A stretch of DNA of 64,000 nt, from NCBI GenBank assembly GCA_963814375.1, contig CAWFCQ010000006.1, forward strand, positions 160,001 through 224,000. Direction: 5' to 3'. Shown one piece after another: positions 8,586 to 17,471 of the stretch; within the stretch, counting starts at the first letter, position 1, and each line of letters starts with the position of its first letter. The notes beneath the pieces were generated by a model. That model searched no databases. It was not told the DNA's origin and was given only the letters and a program-made list of their open reading frames with translations. The position numbers were made by a program, and so were the translations under genes. This DNA comes from an uncultured Chloroflexia bacterium (GTDB lineage Bacteria; Chloroflexota; Limnocylindria; QHBO01).

Positions 8586-9364
8586 TGCCACGCATCATGA
8601 AGCGTGCACTCGGGCTGGTCGGCGGCCTCGGCCTCGTCGCAGCCATGGCGATGCCCGTCGCGGCGCAGGACGAGGCCTTCGTTCGTGTCGTCCACGCGTC
8701 GCCGGACGCTCCCAACGTCGACGTATGGGTCGATGGCGAGACCGTCCTCACCGACGTGCCGTTCACGACAGTCAGCGACTATCTGACGCTGCCGGCCGGG
8801 ACGTACAACGTCCAGGTCACCGCCACCGGCAGCACCGATCCGGTCATCGACGCCGACCTGACGCTCGAGGCAGGCACCTCGTACACCGTCGCCGCCACGG
8901 GCCTGGTGGCCGAGATCACGGCGACCGTCCTCGTCGACGATCGAACACCCGCCGACGGACAGGCGAAGCTTCGCGTCTTCCACGCGTCGCCCAGCGCGCC
9001 GGCCCAAGTTGACGTTGCGGTTACCGACGGCCCGATCCTCGTGGAGGCGCTTGCCTATCCTGAGGCGACTGCCTACCTGACGGTCGATGCCGGCACCTAT
9101 CCGCTCGAGATCCGCGCCGCCGGTGAGACCGATGCCGCTCTGACGCTCGAGGCGAGCCTCGAGGCCGGCCAGAACTACACCGCCATCGCAATGGACGGTG
9201 GCGAGGCCGGCGTCCAGGTCATCGTGGCCACCGAGGCCATGACCGAGATGCCGAACACGGCGCTCGCGCAGCCGTCCGCGCCGATGGCTGCCATCGGCCT
9301 GCTGCTCGTCGCTCTCGCGCTGGTCACGGCGCTGCCGCTGGCGACCCGACGCGCACGCAGCTGA
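8586..9364 (+). CDS. DUF4397 domain secreted protein with C-terminal sortase-like anchor
   Basis: Signal peptide; repeated VRVVHASPDAPNVDV / LRVFHASPSAPAQVDV; C-terminal MPNTA + hydrophobic stretch + RRARS; AGGAG SD. Confidence 0.88.
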
Positions 9365-9378
9365 GTCCACGCTGCCTC

Positions 9379-9408
9379 GCCGGGAGAGGGCTCGTGCCCT
9401 CTCCCGGC
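9379..9408 (+). terminator. Strong hairpin / probable terminator
   Basis: GCCGGGAGAGGGC-TCGT-GCCCTCTCCCGGC, a perfect 13-bp stem after DUF4397. Confidence 0.7.
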
Positions 9409-9441
9409 ATCTTCATGCCCGAACAGCCGATGGGAATTGCG

Positions 9442-9627
9442 ATGCGCCGATCGATCGCCTGGCTCCGACGAGACCTGCGCCTGGCCGATAACCGCGTCCT
9501 CGCGACGGCGACCGACGCGTCCGAGCGAGCTTGGCCGGTCTTCGTGGTCGACCCGAATCTGCGCAAGGCTCACGCCGCTGCCGCCGGGCGCCGGGCCTGG
9601 TTCCTCGCCAACGTCCTGGCCGCGTGA
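9442..9627 (+). pseudogene. N-terminal remnant of a DNA photolyase/cryptochrome
   Basis: MRRSIAWLRRDLRLADNRVL...PVFVVDP...RRAWFL matches the photolyase N-terminus (WFRRDLRLxDN) but stops after 61 aa. Confidence 0.85.
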
Positions 9628-9647
9628 ACCACAGGAGACGATGGCGC

Positions 9648-10148
9648 ATGCGAAGACTGCCGGACCGCGTCATCCCGGGGCCGGGACAGGAGTCGGTCTG
9701 GGACTACCCGAGACCGCCCCGCGTCACGCCGGATGGCCGTCGCGTCCGCGTCGAGGTCGGAGCTGAGATCGTCGGCGAGTCGACCCGGGCCGTGCGCGTC
9801 CTCGAAACGGCCGGGGCACCGTGCTGGTATCTGCCTGCTGAGGACGTGCGGTCCGACCTCCTACGCCCGGTGGCCGGCACGACGGTCTGCGAGTGGAAGG
9901 GCGTCGCGAGCTACTTCGACGTCGTGGTCGGTGACCGTGTGGCCCGCCGCGCGGCGTGGACGTACCGCGACCCGAAGCCCGGCTACGAGGAGCTGCGGGA
10001 TCGCGTCGCCTTCTACGCCGGCCGCGTCGATGCCGCATGGGTCGATGACGAGCGAGCAGCGCCGCAGCCCGGCGACTTCTACGGCGGCTGGGTGACCTCC
10101 GAGGTCGTCGGGCCGTTCAAGGGTGAGCCCGGCACCGAGGGCTGGTGA
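9648..10148 (+). CDS. DUF427 domain protein
   Basis: GQESVWDYPRPP, VLET, CEWKGVASYFD, AAWTY, QPGDFYGGW, GPFKGEPGTEGW. Confidence 0.92.
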   Translation: MRRLPDRVIPGPGQESVWDYPRPPRVTPDGRRVRVEVGAEIVGESTRAVRVLETAGAPCWYLPAEDVRSDLLRPVAGTTVCEWKGVASYFDVVVGDRVARRAAWTYRDPKPGYEELRDRVAFYAGRVDAAWVDDERAAPQPGDFYGGWVTSEVVGPFKGEPGTEGW

Positions 10149-10149
10149 C

Positions 10150-11569
10150 TCAGCCCGCGGTCGCGGACTCGTCGAAGCGGAGGGCACGGTGCTCACCGGC
10201 GCGAGGTATGTCCTCAGCGCCTCCTCCAGCGGCGTCAGCCGCCGCGGCATGCGCTCCAACAACGGACCGATGTCGACGGTCGCCGGCTGGTTGATGAAGT
10301 CGATCGCATCGGGCGTGAGCGGAGGCGCCGGGAGCAGGGTGAGTGGCAGTGGCTCCGAGCTTGAGGAGCGCTGCCGGGCCGGGAAGGATCGGCCGGTGCA
10401 GCCCGGCGACGCGGAGGGACCGTGCGATGACCTCGCGCATCGGCATTGTCTCGGGACCGCCGAGCTCGAGGACCTGGCCGTCGGCGGCCGGATCACGCAA
10501 CGCGTCCGCGACGAGCGCAGCGGCATCGCCGACCCACGCCGGAGCCAGCATCTGGCCACCGAGGTTGGTCATCGGCACTGCCGGAAGGCGGCGTGCGAAG
10601 CCCACGAATCGGTTGAGCGACACGTCACGGGGACCGTAGATCCAGGTCGGTCGGACGATCGTCCAGGTCATCCCGCTGCCGCGGACTGCCTCCTCCGCGC
10701 GCCACTTCGCGCGGAACCAGTGCCGCTCGGCGTCCGGCGCCGCGCCCGCGCCGGAGACGTACGCGACGCGACCCACGTCCAACCTCACTCGCGGCGCGGA
10801 CGAGGCGCTCGGTCCCACCGGCATCGATCTCCAGGAATGTCTGATTGCGTGCCGGCGACTCCATCGGCGAATTGCGGAACGCCAGCGCGATGACGAGCGC
10901 ATCGGCCCCGCGCAGGGCATCGGGCAGACCTGCGCCGGTGCGGACATCGGCGCGGCGGATCTCGATGTCGTCCGGCAATGGGCCCCGCCTCTCCTCCCCG
11001 ACATGGGAGAGGACGACGACTCGATCGCCCCGGCGCCGGAGCTCGGCGGCGATCGCACCGCCCACGAAGCCCGTGCCGCCGGCAACCGCGACCGTCCGTC
11101 CGGTCGGCGGACCAGGCTCTGCGAGCGCCTCGAGGATGGCCCATGACCGATACTGGAAGATCCACGCCAGCTCGTTGCGGATGACGAAGCGGTTCAGCGC
11201 GTCGCCGGCAATGCCGATCGGGACCTCGTACGTCACGTTGTCGCGCACGAGTGTCCCGCCATTGACCTCCTCGAAGCGGTGCACGTGCTCCCACGACCGA
11301 TACGGGCCGCGCACCTGAACATCGCGGAATCCGATCGGCGGGTCGAACTCGGTGATGCGCGTCAGCCAGCTGATGGGGATGCCGAACAGCGGGCGGATGC
11401 GATAGCCGATCTCGAGGCCGGCGCGCACGGGGACGTCATCGGTGAGGTACTCGAATCCCAGCCCGGGTGGCGTGATGCGATGGAGGTTGCGGGGGTTGGC
11501 GAAGAAGGCGAAGACCTCATCGCGTGGCCGGGGAATGAAGAGCTCAGTGCTGAGCCGGTGGACGCTCAT
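10150..11569 (-). CDS. SRPBCC domain fused to an NAD(P)-dependent epimerase/SDR (frameshifted in this sequence)
   Basis: EVFAFFANPRNL...GPYRSWEHVHRF (SRPBCC), then VAGGTGFVG Rossmann motif, KWRAEEAV, IVRPTWIYGPRD. Frame breaks near 10778, 10350 and probably 10197. Confidence 0.82.
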
Positions 11570-11582
11570 CGGTGGGCCACTG

Positions 11583-11632
11583 TGTACAGTGTCTGTCTAG
11601 GCATTTGACGAAGTATAGCCGAACGGTGTCCA
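11583..11632 (-). promoter_or_regulatory. Second CarH-type operator and -10 TATACT for the SRPBCC-epimerase gene
   Basis: Minus strand TAGACAGACACTGTACA (11599-11583) matches the 8481 and 8515 motifs; in-phase TGGACA at 11632-11627; TATACT at 11617-11612. Confidence 0.75.
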
Positions 11633-11646
11633 CAGAGCGTCGATTG

Positions 11647-12624
11647 TTACTGGCGCTCCGACCTCAGGGGGCACGCCACCAGGTGGTCGGTGTGCACCAT
11701 GTCGGCGCAATCGGCATTGGTAGGGAGTGGTCCGTCATACCAGGCCGGTTCGATGATGACCCACGCGGCGTTCTCATCGTCCAGGCACCGGGCGTTGTCG
11801 CGGCCGCTGGCGAGATCCTCGCCGGCCACGAGCCAGAGGGGCGATGGGTAGCGACAGTCGGTCGGATTGCCGAGGTGATAGCCGACGGTGCCATAGGTGA
11901 GGTAGAGAACCGGCTCGTCCGGACCGATGGAGCCGCGGAGCAGGCTCACCTCGTCCTCAAGGCGCCGGCTGGCATCGGCCCAGGTCGCATTGGTCCTCTC
12001 TCCCGTCCCCCACGAGGCCGCCGGCAGAACGGTCAACGCGGACAGCGCCACGACCACTGGGAGAAGAGCGGGGCGCTTCCACGCGACGACGGCCGCGACC
12101 ACGATCGGCACCGCTGCCAAGTGGTACATGCTGCCCTGGCCCTGGATGAAGATCGGCGAAGTGGCCAGGAGCAGCGCGCCAGCCAGGGCGAGCATCGACC
12201 ACCGGCCGAGGCCGACGAGCGCGAGGGGCACGAGCACCACCACGGGCGCGACCAGGGGGAGAGCACCGATTCGGAGAATCGGCCGGTAATCTCCGGCCCG
12301 CAGCAGCGAGTTGTCGTTGAGGAGCGCCATGTCCATCAGCCACTGCCGCTCGATCCCCGCCGAAATGGCGAACCACGCCAGGCACCAGCCGAGCGACCAG
12401 AGCGCCGTGCGTTTCCACTCTCCTAGGGCGGCGATCGCGAGCAGCGCGAGCGGAACAAAGGCGATCGTGGCGAGCTTCATGCTCACGGCGAGGGCAATTG
12501 CCGCGCCCGCCGCCGGTGGCCGGGATCGCATCGCGACCGCGAGCGCGACGAAGAGTGCCGCCCACCACTCGGGCTGAAGCATGCTCCACGCCGGCGACAG
12601 GATGAGAGCCGCCGCCGTCGCCAC
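11647..12624 (-). CDS. Polytopic membrane protein, GT-C glycosyltransferase-like, possibly 5'-truncated
   Basis: Many TM helices, LQPEWW and SMKL motifs, C-terminal soluble domain (PVLYL...CRYPSPLW). No clear start. Confidence 0.5.
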   Translation of the reverse strand: MATAAALILSPAWSMLQPEWWAALFVALAVAMRSRPPAAGAAIALAVSMKLATIAFVPLALLAIAALGEWKRTALWSLGWCLAWFAISAGIERQWLMDMALLNDNSLLRAGDYRPILRIGALPLVAPVVVLVPLALVGLGRWSMLALAGALLLATSPIFIQGQGSMYHLAAVPIVVAAVVAWKRPALLPVVVALSALTVLPAASWGTGERTNATWADASRRLEDEVSLLRGSIGPDEPVLYLTYGTVGYHLGNPTDCRYPSPLWLVAGEDLASGRDNARCLDDENAAWVIIEPAWYDGPLPTNADCADMVHTDHLVACPLRSERQ

Positions 12625-12713
12625 CCCGACTGACGGTACAGGAGGTGTCGATAGCGTGCCGGATCGAGCGGCGGACTGAGCATCGGCGCGTCCGTGGCTG
12701 GGTATACTTCGCC

Positions 12714-12829
12714 AAAGCCGCTCCGCGACACGCCGTGAACCCGATCCGCGCCGTCAATCTCGTCGACGCATCCCCAACCCGCGCCGCCATGCCGCGCGGG
12801 TTCGCTGCTATGCCCCGGAGCGTGTCGCG
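12714..12829 (+). ncRNA. Candidate cis-regulatory leader RNA of guaB3
   Basis: -10 TATACT at 12703-12708. A perfect 10-bp helix 12724-12733/12820-12829 covers the SD-start region, and two mutually exclusive 9-bp helices compete for 12794-12805. Confidence 0.45.
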
Positions 12830-13993
12830 TGATCGACCGCGCCGCCATCCGCGAGCTCCGCCGAAACCCGGCTTCGACGCGCCTACGGGTTCGAGGAGGT
12901 CGCGCTCGTGCCGGGCGCCGTGACGGTCGACCCGGCGGAGGTCGACCTCTCGACCGACATCGGCGGGTTCCGGCTCGAGGTCCCGTTCCTCGCCGCGGCG
13001 ATGGATGCCGTTGCGGATGCCGACATGGCGGTCCGGATGAGCCGCCACGGAGGGGTTGCCTTCGTCAACCTCGAGGGCCTCTACACGCGGTACGAGGATG
13101 CCGCACCCATCATCGAGCGGGTCGGCGCCGCGGAGTCCGGGCGGGCGGCAGCACACGTGCTCGCGGAGGCCTACGAGCAGCCGATCCGCGACGAGCTCAT
13201 CACGGCGCTCATCACGCGCATCAAGGCCCAGGGCGCCGTGGCGGCGGTGGCGACGACGCCGGCATCGGCCTGGCACCACGCCGAGATCGCCGCGGAGGCC
13301 GGGGCGGACCTCCTGCTCGTCCAGTCGCAGGTGAGCAGCGCCCGCCACATCTCGACGTCGGGCCGGGTCCTCTCGCTGGCCGATCTCACCGGCGGGCTGC
13401 AGCTGCCCGTGCTGGTCGGAAATACCGTGAGTGGCGACGCCGCCTATCAGCTCATGCAGCAGGGCGCGGCGGCCATCTTCGTCGGTGTCGGGCCGGGCGC
13501 CGCCTGCACGACCCGCGAGGTGCTCGGGATCGGCGTGCCGCAGGTGTCGGCAACGCTCGAGGTCGCCGCCGCACGCGACCGATTCGAGGCCGACACCGGC
13601 CGTTACGTCCCGATCGTCACCGATGGCGGCATGAAGACCGGCGGCGACATCGCCAAGGCGATCGCGTCGGGCGCCGATGCGGTCATGCTCGGCTCGCCGT
13701 TCGCGGCCGCAACCGAGGCTCCCGGCCGCGGCTACAACTGGGGCATGGCCGCGCCGTCGCCGACGCTGCCACGGGGGACCCGGATCAGGATCGGTGAGCA
13801 GATGCCGCTCGAGCAGATCCTCTTCGGCCCGGCCGAGACGACGCACGGCACCCAGAACCTCGTCGGCGCGCTGCGCCAGTCGATGGCGGCGCTCGGCTCA
13901 AGGACCATCCGCGAGATGCACTCGGTCGAGATGGTCATCGCGCCCTCCATCGCCACCGAGGGCAAGTCCTGGCAGCTCGCCGGCAGCGAGTAA
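12829..13993 (+). CDS. guaB: IMP dehydrogenase family protein (GuaB3 type); +1 frameshift near 12858
   Basis: RRAYGFEEVALVPG, AAAMD, GVGPGAACTTREVLGIGVPQ (catalytic Cys), DGG, GADAVMLGS. Removing one C joins GTG 12829 to the main frame. Confidence 0.9.
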
Positions 13994-14028
13994 GCCGACT
14001 TCTCGGACGGGGCTACCATCGGCCCGCG

Positions 14029-15072
14029 ATGGCCGATGACGTCCTCACCACCCGGGCCCTCAACCGGGCATTGCTCGGTCGGCAGCTCCTCCTGGAACGC
14101 ATCGATCTGACGATCCCCGAGGCGCTCGAGCGTCTCGCCGGCATCCAGAACCAGTACGCCCCGAACGCCTACCTGCGCCTCTGGTCATGCCTCAACGGCT
14201 TCCGTCGGGAAGACCTGACCCGCGCCTATGGGGACGGGTCGGTGGTCCAGGGAACCCTGATGCGCGGCACGATCCACACCGTTGCAGCGGGGGACTACCA
14301 CCCGATGGTGGCGGCCATCGCCCGCACGCAACGAGAGTGGGCGAGTCGTGTCACCGGGACGAAGGAGGCCGTCGATCACGGTGCGCACGTCGCGCGCATC
14401 CGGAAGGCTCTCGCCGACAGCCCGATGCGGCGGCCGGACCTGATTCGCCTGCTGAGTGAAGCGCCGGCCCCGGTGCGCTACGCGATCGACACCGGTGCTG
14501 AGATCCTGCGCCTGCCACCGTCGGGGACCTGGGAGCGACGGCGGGCCGACCTCTGCGGCCTGGCGGACGATCACGTCGAGCACGTCGAGATGGACGAGCG
14601 GACCGCGCTCGCCTGGCTGGTCGGCCGCTACCTCGCCGCGTTCGGCCCGGCGACCATCGGCGACGCCGCTTCGTTCATCGGCACAACGGTCGGGCCGCTG
14701 CGGGAGGTCGCGGCGGGCATGCCGCTGCGGCGCTTCACGGCCGAGGACGGCACGGACCTGGTGGACGTCGAGGGCGCGCCGCTCCCCGATCCCGATACGC
14801 CGGCTCCCGTCCGCTTCCTGCCGACCTGGGACGCGATCCTCCTCGTCCACGCGCGTCGCACCCAGGTCTTGCCCGAGGCGTATCGGCCCTTGGTGTTCCA
14901 CACGAAGATGCCGCCGTCGTATCCCACGGTGCTCGTCGACGGCCAGGTGGCCGGCACCTGGCGTTTCGAGGACGGCATGATCGAGGTGTCGCCCTTCCGC
15001 CGGCTGACCGCCTCGGAACGCCGCGAGGTCGATGCCGAGGCCGCGCGGCTGGCCGCCTTCCATGCCGCCTGA
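14029..15072 (+). CDS. AlkZ-like (HTH_42) winged-helix DNA glycosylase
   Basis: RALNRALLGRQLLL, GIQNQ (QxQ motif), MRGTIH, VRFLPTWDAILL, VLVDGQVAGTW. Confidence 0.88.
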   Translation: MADDVLTTRALNRALLGRQLLLERIDLTIPEALERLAGIQNQYAPNAYLRLWSCLNGFRREDLTRAYGDGSVVQGTLMRGTIHTVAAGDYHPMVAAIARTQREWASRVTGTKEAVDHGAHVARIRKALADSPMRRPDLIRLLSEAPAPVRYAIDTGAEILRLPPSGTWERRRADLCGLADDHVEHVEMDERTALAWLVGRYLAAFGPATIGDAASFIGTTVGPLREVAAGMPLRRFTAEDGTDLVDVEGAPLPDPDTPAPVRFLPTWDAILLVHARRTQVLPEAYRPLVFHTKMPPSYPTVLVDGQVAGTWRFEDGMIEVSPFRRLTASERREVDAEAARLAAFHAA

Positions 15073-15088
15073 GGCGTAGCATCGGACC

Positions 15089-15472
15089 ATGAACAGATCC
15101 GATGTCCAGGCCTGGCTCGACCGCTACGTCGAGGCCTGGCGCGCGAACGAGCGCGAGCCGATCGAGGAGCTCTTCAGCGAGGACGCCGTCTACAGCTACC
15201 GGCCATGGGACAGCGACGATCACACCATTCGCGGCCGCGACGCCGTCGTCGACAGCTGGCTGGAGGAGCCGGACGAGCCAGTCAGCTGGGACGCCCATTA
15301 CGAGCCCTGGGCGGTCGACGGTGACCGGGCGGTGGCCGTCGGCTGGAGCCGTTACGCGGCGACCGACGACGCACCCGAGAAGCTGTACCACAACGCCTAC
15401 CTGCTCGAGTTTGCCCCCGACGGTCGCTGCCGCTCCTTCCACGAGTTCTACATGCAGCAGGAGGCGACGTGA
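15089..15472 (+). CDS. SnoaL-like / NTF2 family protein
   Basis: WLDRYVEAW...LFSEDAVY...GRDAVVDSW...DGDRAV...DGRCRSFHEFY. Confidence 0.85.
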   Translation: MNRSDVQAWLDRYVEAWRANEREPIEELFSEDAVYSYRPWDSDDHTIRGRDAVVDSWLEEPDEPVSWDAHYEPWAVDGDRAVAVGWSRYAATDDAPEKLYHNAYLLEFAPDGRCRSFHEFYMQQEAT

Positions 15473-15500
15473 TCACCACCGCCCCGGTTCGACTGCGGGC

Positions 15501-16295
15501 GTGAGTTCGGCCTGGATCGAGGTCGGCGACCGCGTCTGGGCGCGTCGATACGAGTCGCTCGACCAGACCATCGGCGTAGTGGGCGGGGCAGCCGGCCTCG
15601 CGGTGATCGACACCCGGGCCACGCATCGGCTGGCGGACGTCCTGCGAGACGAGCTGCGGCAGCTGCCGGGCACGACCGTGGCGGCGATCAACACGCATGG
15701 TCACTGGGACCACGCATTCGGCAATGCGCGGTTCGTCGATGTGCCGATCTGGGGTCACGTGCGCTGCGCCACGATGATCCTCGAGCAGGGCGAGGCGGCT
15801 CGCGCGCGCCAGATCGCCGAGCAACCGGCCAGCGCCGAGGACTTCGCCGAGGTCGTGCTCACGCCGCCGACTCGTCTGATGGACGATGAGGCCGCCATCG
15901 ACCTGGGCGATCGCCGCGTCGAGCTGCGCTACCTGGGACGCGGGCACACCGACAACGACATCGTGGTGATCGTCCGCGACGCATCGATCCTGTTCGCGGG
16001 CGACCTGCTCGAGAACGCTCCCGCCCCATGGTTCGGCGACAGCTTCCCGATCGCCTGGGGCGACACCGGGCGCGCGATTCTCGATCTCGCCCCGGAGACG
16101 ATCGTCGCCGGCCATGGTGACCCGTTCGACCTCGACTTTGCCGAGCGGCAGGTCGGCGAGCTGGGGCTGCTCGCCCAGCTGGCGCGCGATGAGGTGAGCG
16201 GGGCGATCGGCGCCGACGAGGCGGTCAGGCGCTCGCCGTTCGACGGAGAAACGACGGGCATGGCGCTCGGGCGGGCGCGGGTCGAGCTCGGCTAG
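15501..16295 (+). CDS. MBL-fold metallo-hydrolase
   Basis: VIDT, NTHGHWDHAFGN, GRGHTDND, FAGDL, AGHG. Confidence 0.9.
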   Translation: MSSAWIEVGDRVWARRYESLDQTIGVVGGAAGLAVIDTRATHRLADVLRDELRQLPGTTVAAINTHGHWDHAFGNARFVDVPIWGHVRCATMILEQGEAARARQIAEQPASAEDFAEVVLTPPTRLMDDEAAIDLGDRRVELRYLGRGHTDNDIVVIVRDASILFAGDLLENAPAPWFGDSFPIAWGDTGRAILDLAPETIVAGHGDPFDLDFAERQVGELGLLAQLARDEVSGAIGADEAVRRSPFDGETTGMALGRARVELG

Positions 16296-17408
16296 GGCGC
16301 GAGCCTCGGATCGGCCAGGAGCGCATCGGCCGTGAACTTCGCCGCCCAGTTGGGGTAGGTGAAACCGAGGTAGTCGCCCCACACCGGATCGGAGCCGGCA
16401 ATCCCGCCCCGCACGCCAGGGTCAGCTGCATCGAGACGCTGGGTCGCGGACACCAGCTCCACGGCATGAGCGGCGGACTGCGCCAGCGCGCCGTGCCCCG
16501 ATCGGGCAGCCAGGCGCTGCCAGATGATCGCGGCCTGGGCCGTCCCGGTCAGGCAGGCATAGCGGCTGCCGCCCTGCCACTCGGCGTCGAGGATCGCCGG
16601 GAGCCAGCCCCGCTCCTCGAGCGTCGCCGCCATCCGTCGAGCGCGCGCGGGCGACCGCCGTGCCGATGTCGTCGCGGCCCACGATCTCGCCGATGTCGAG
16701 CAGGCCTGCCAGGACGTAGGCGATCGTGTGCGTCACCGATCGTCGGGCGCCGTGATCCTCGGCCGTGAACCCCGCCCGATCGAACCAGCCGGTGCCGGGA
16801 TCCTGCTGGGCGAGGACCCAGTCGGCGTGGCGCTCGGCCGCGGCGAGATGCCGATCGGTCCCGGCCGCGGCTCCGAGCTCGGCCAGCCAGCAGGCCGCGT
16901 GCGCCGTGTAGGTGACCGCCAGGCCGTTGTAGATGTGGCGGCGCCAGGCCCCGTCGTCGTCCTGGACCGAGACGAGCCAGTCGCCGGCGCGGACGGCACG
17001 GTCGAGCGCATCGGCCTCGCCGGAGTGGCGATGCCAGGCCACGAGCCCGTTGACGATCTGCCCGGTGTTGAAGACCGATGGCTCGGTCCGGTTCTCGTCG
17101 ACCCGCGCACCGGGGAAGCCGCCGTCGGGAAGCTGAAGGGGCTCGAGGAACCGGATCGCCCGCTCGGCACGGTCGATCAGCGCCGCATCGTCGAGGCGCG
17201 CGGCCAGGCGCAGCAGCGTGGGCACGATGTAGCCGGTCGTCTCCGGGTACGACGCCATCCAGCCGTGGCGCAGGCTGTATCCCCAGCTGATCCCGCCATC
17301 ACCCGTCGCGTCCTGGGCCCGGGCCAGCCAGTCGGCGATGGCGCGAAGGGTGCCCTCGACCGGGACGGTTCTGCGACGCCGATCACGCTCGCGCCAGCCC
17401 TGCGTCAT
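16292..17408 (-). CDS. Alpha/alpha-toroid (prenyltransferase/squalene-oxidase repeat-like) protein of polysaccharide loci; frameshift near 16643
   Basis: WLARAQD, SYPETTGYIVPT, QLPDGGF, FNTGQ, QDDDGAW, HTIAY, CLTGTAQ, YPNWAAKF. True start may lie near 17475. Confidence 0.7.
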
Positions 17409-17471
17409 CAGCAGGCGCGCGACGCTCGGACGCCACGCGCGCGCTCTCCCGCGCCGATCGAGCGGCTCGTC

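Noticed and set aside
13994-14028. LexA boxes upstream of alkZ-like and radC genes
   Set aside because: No GAAC-N4-GTTC seen by eye in either upstream region.
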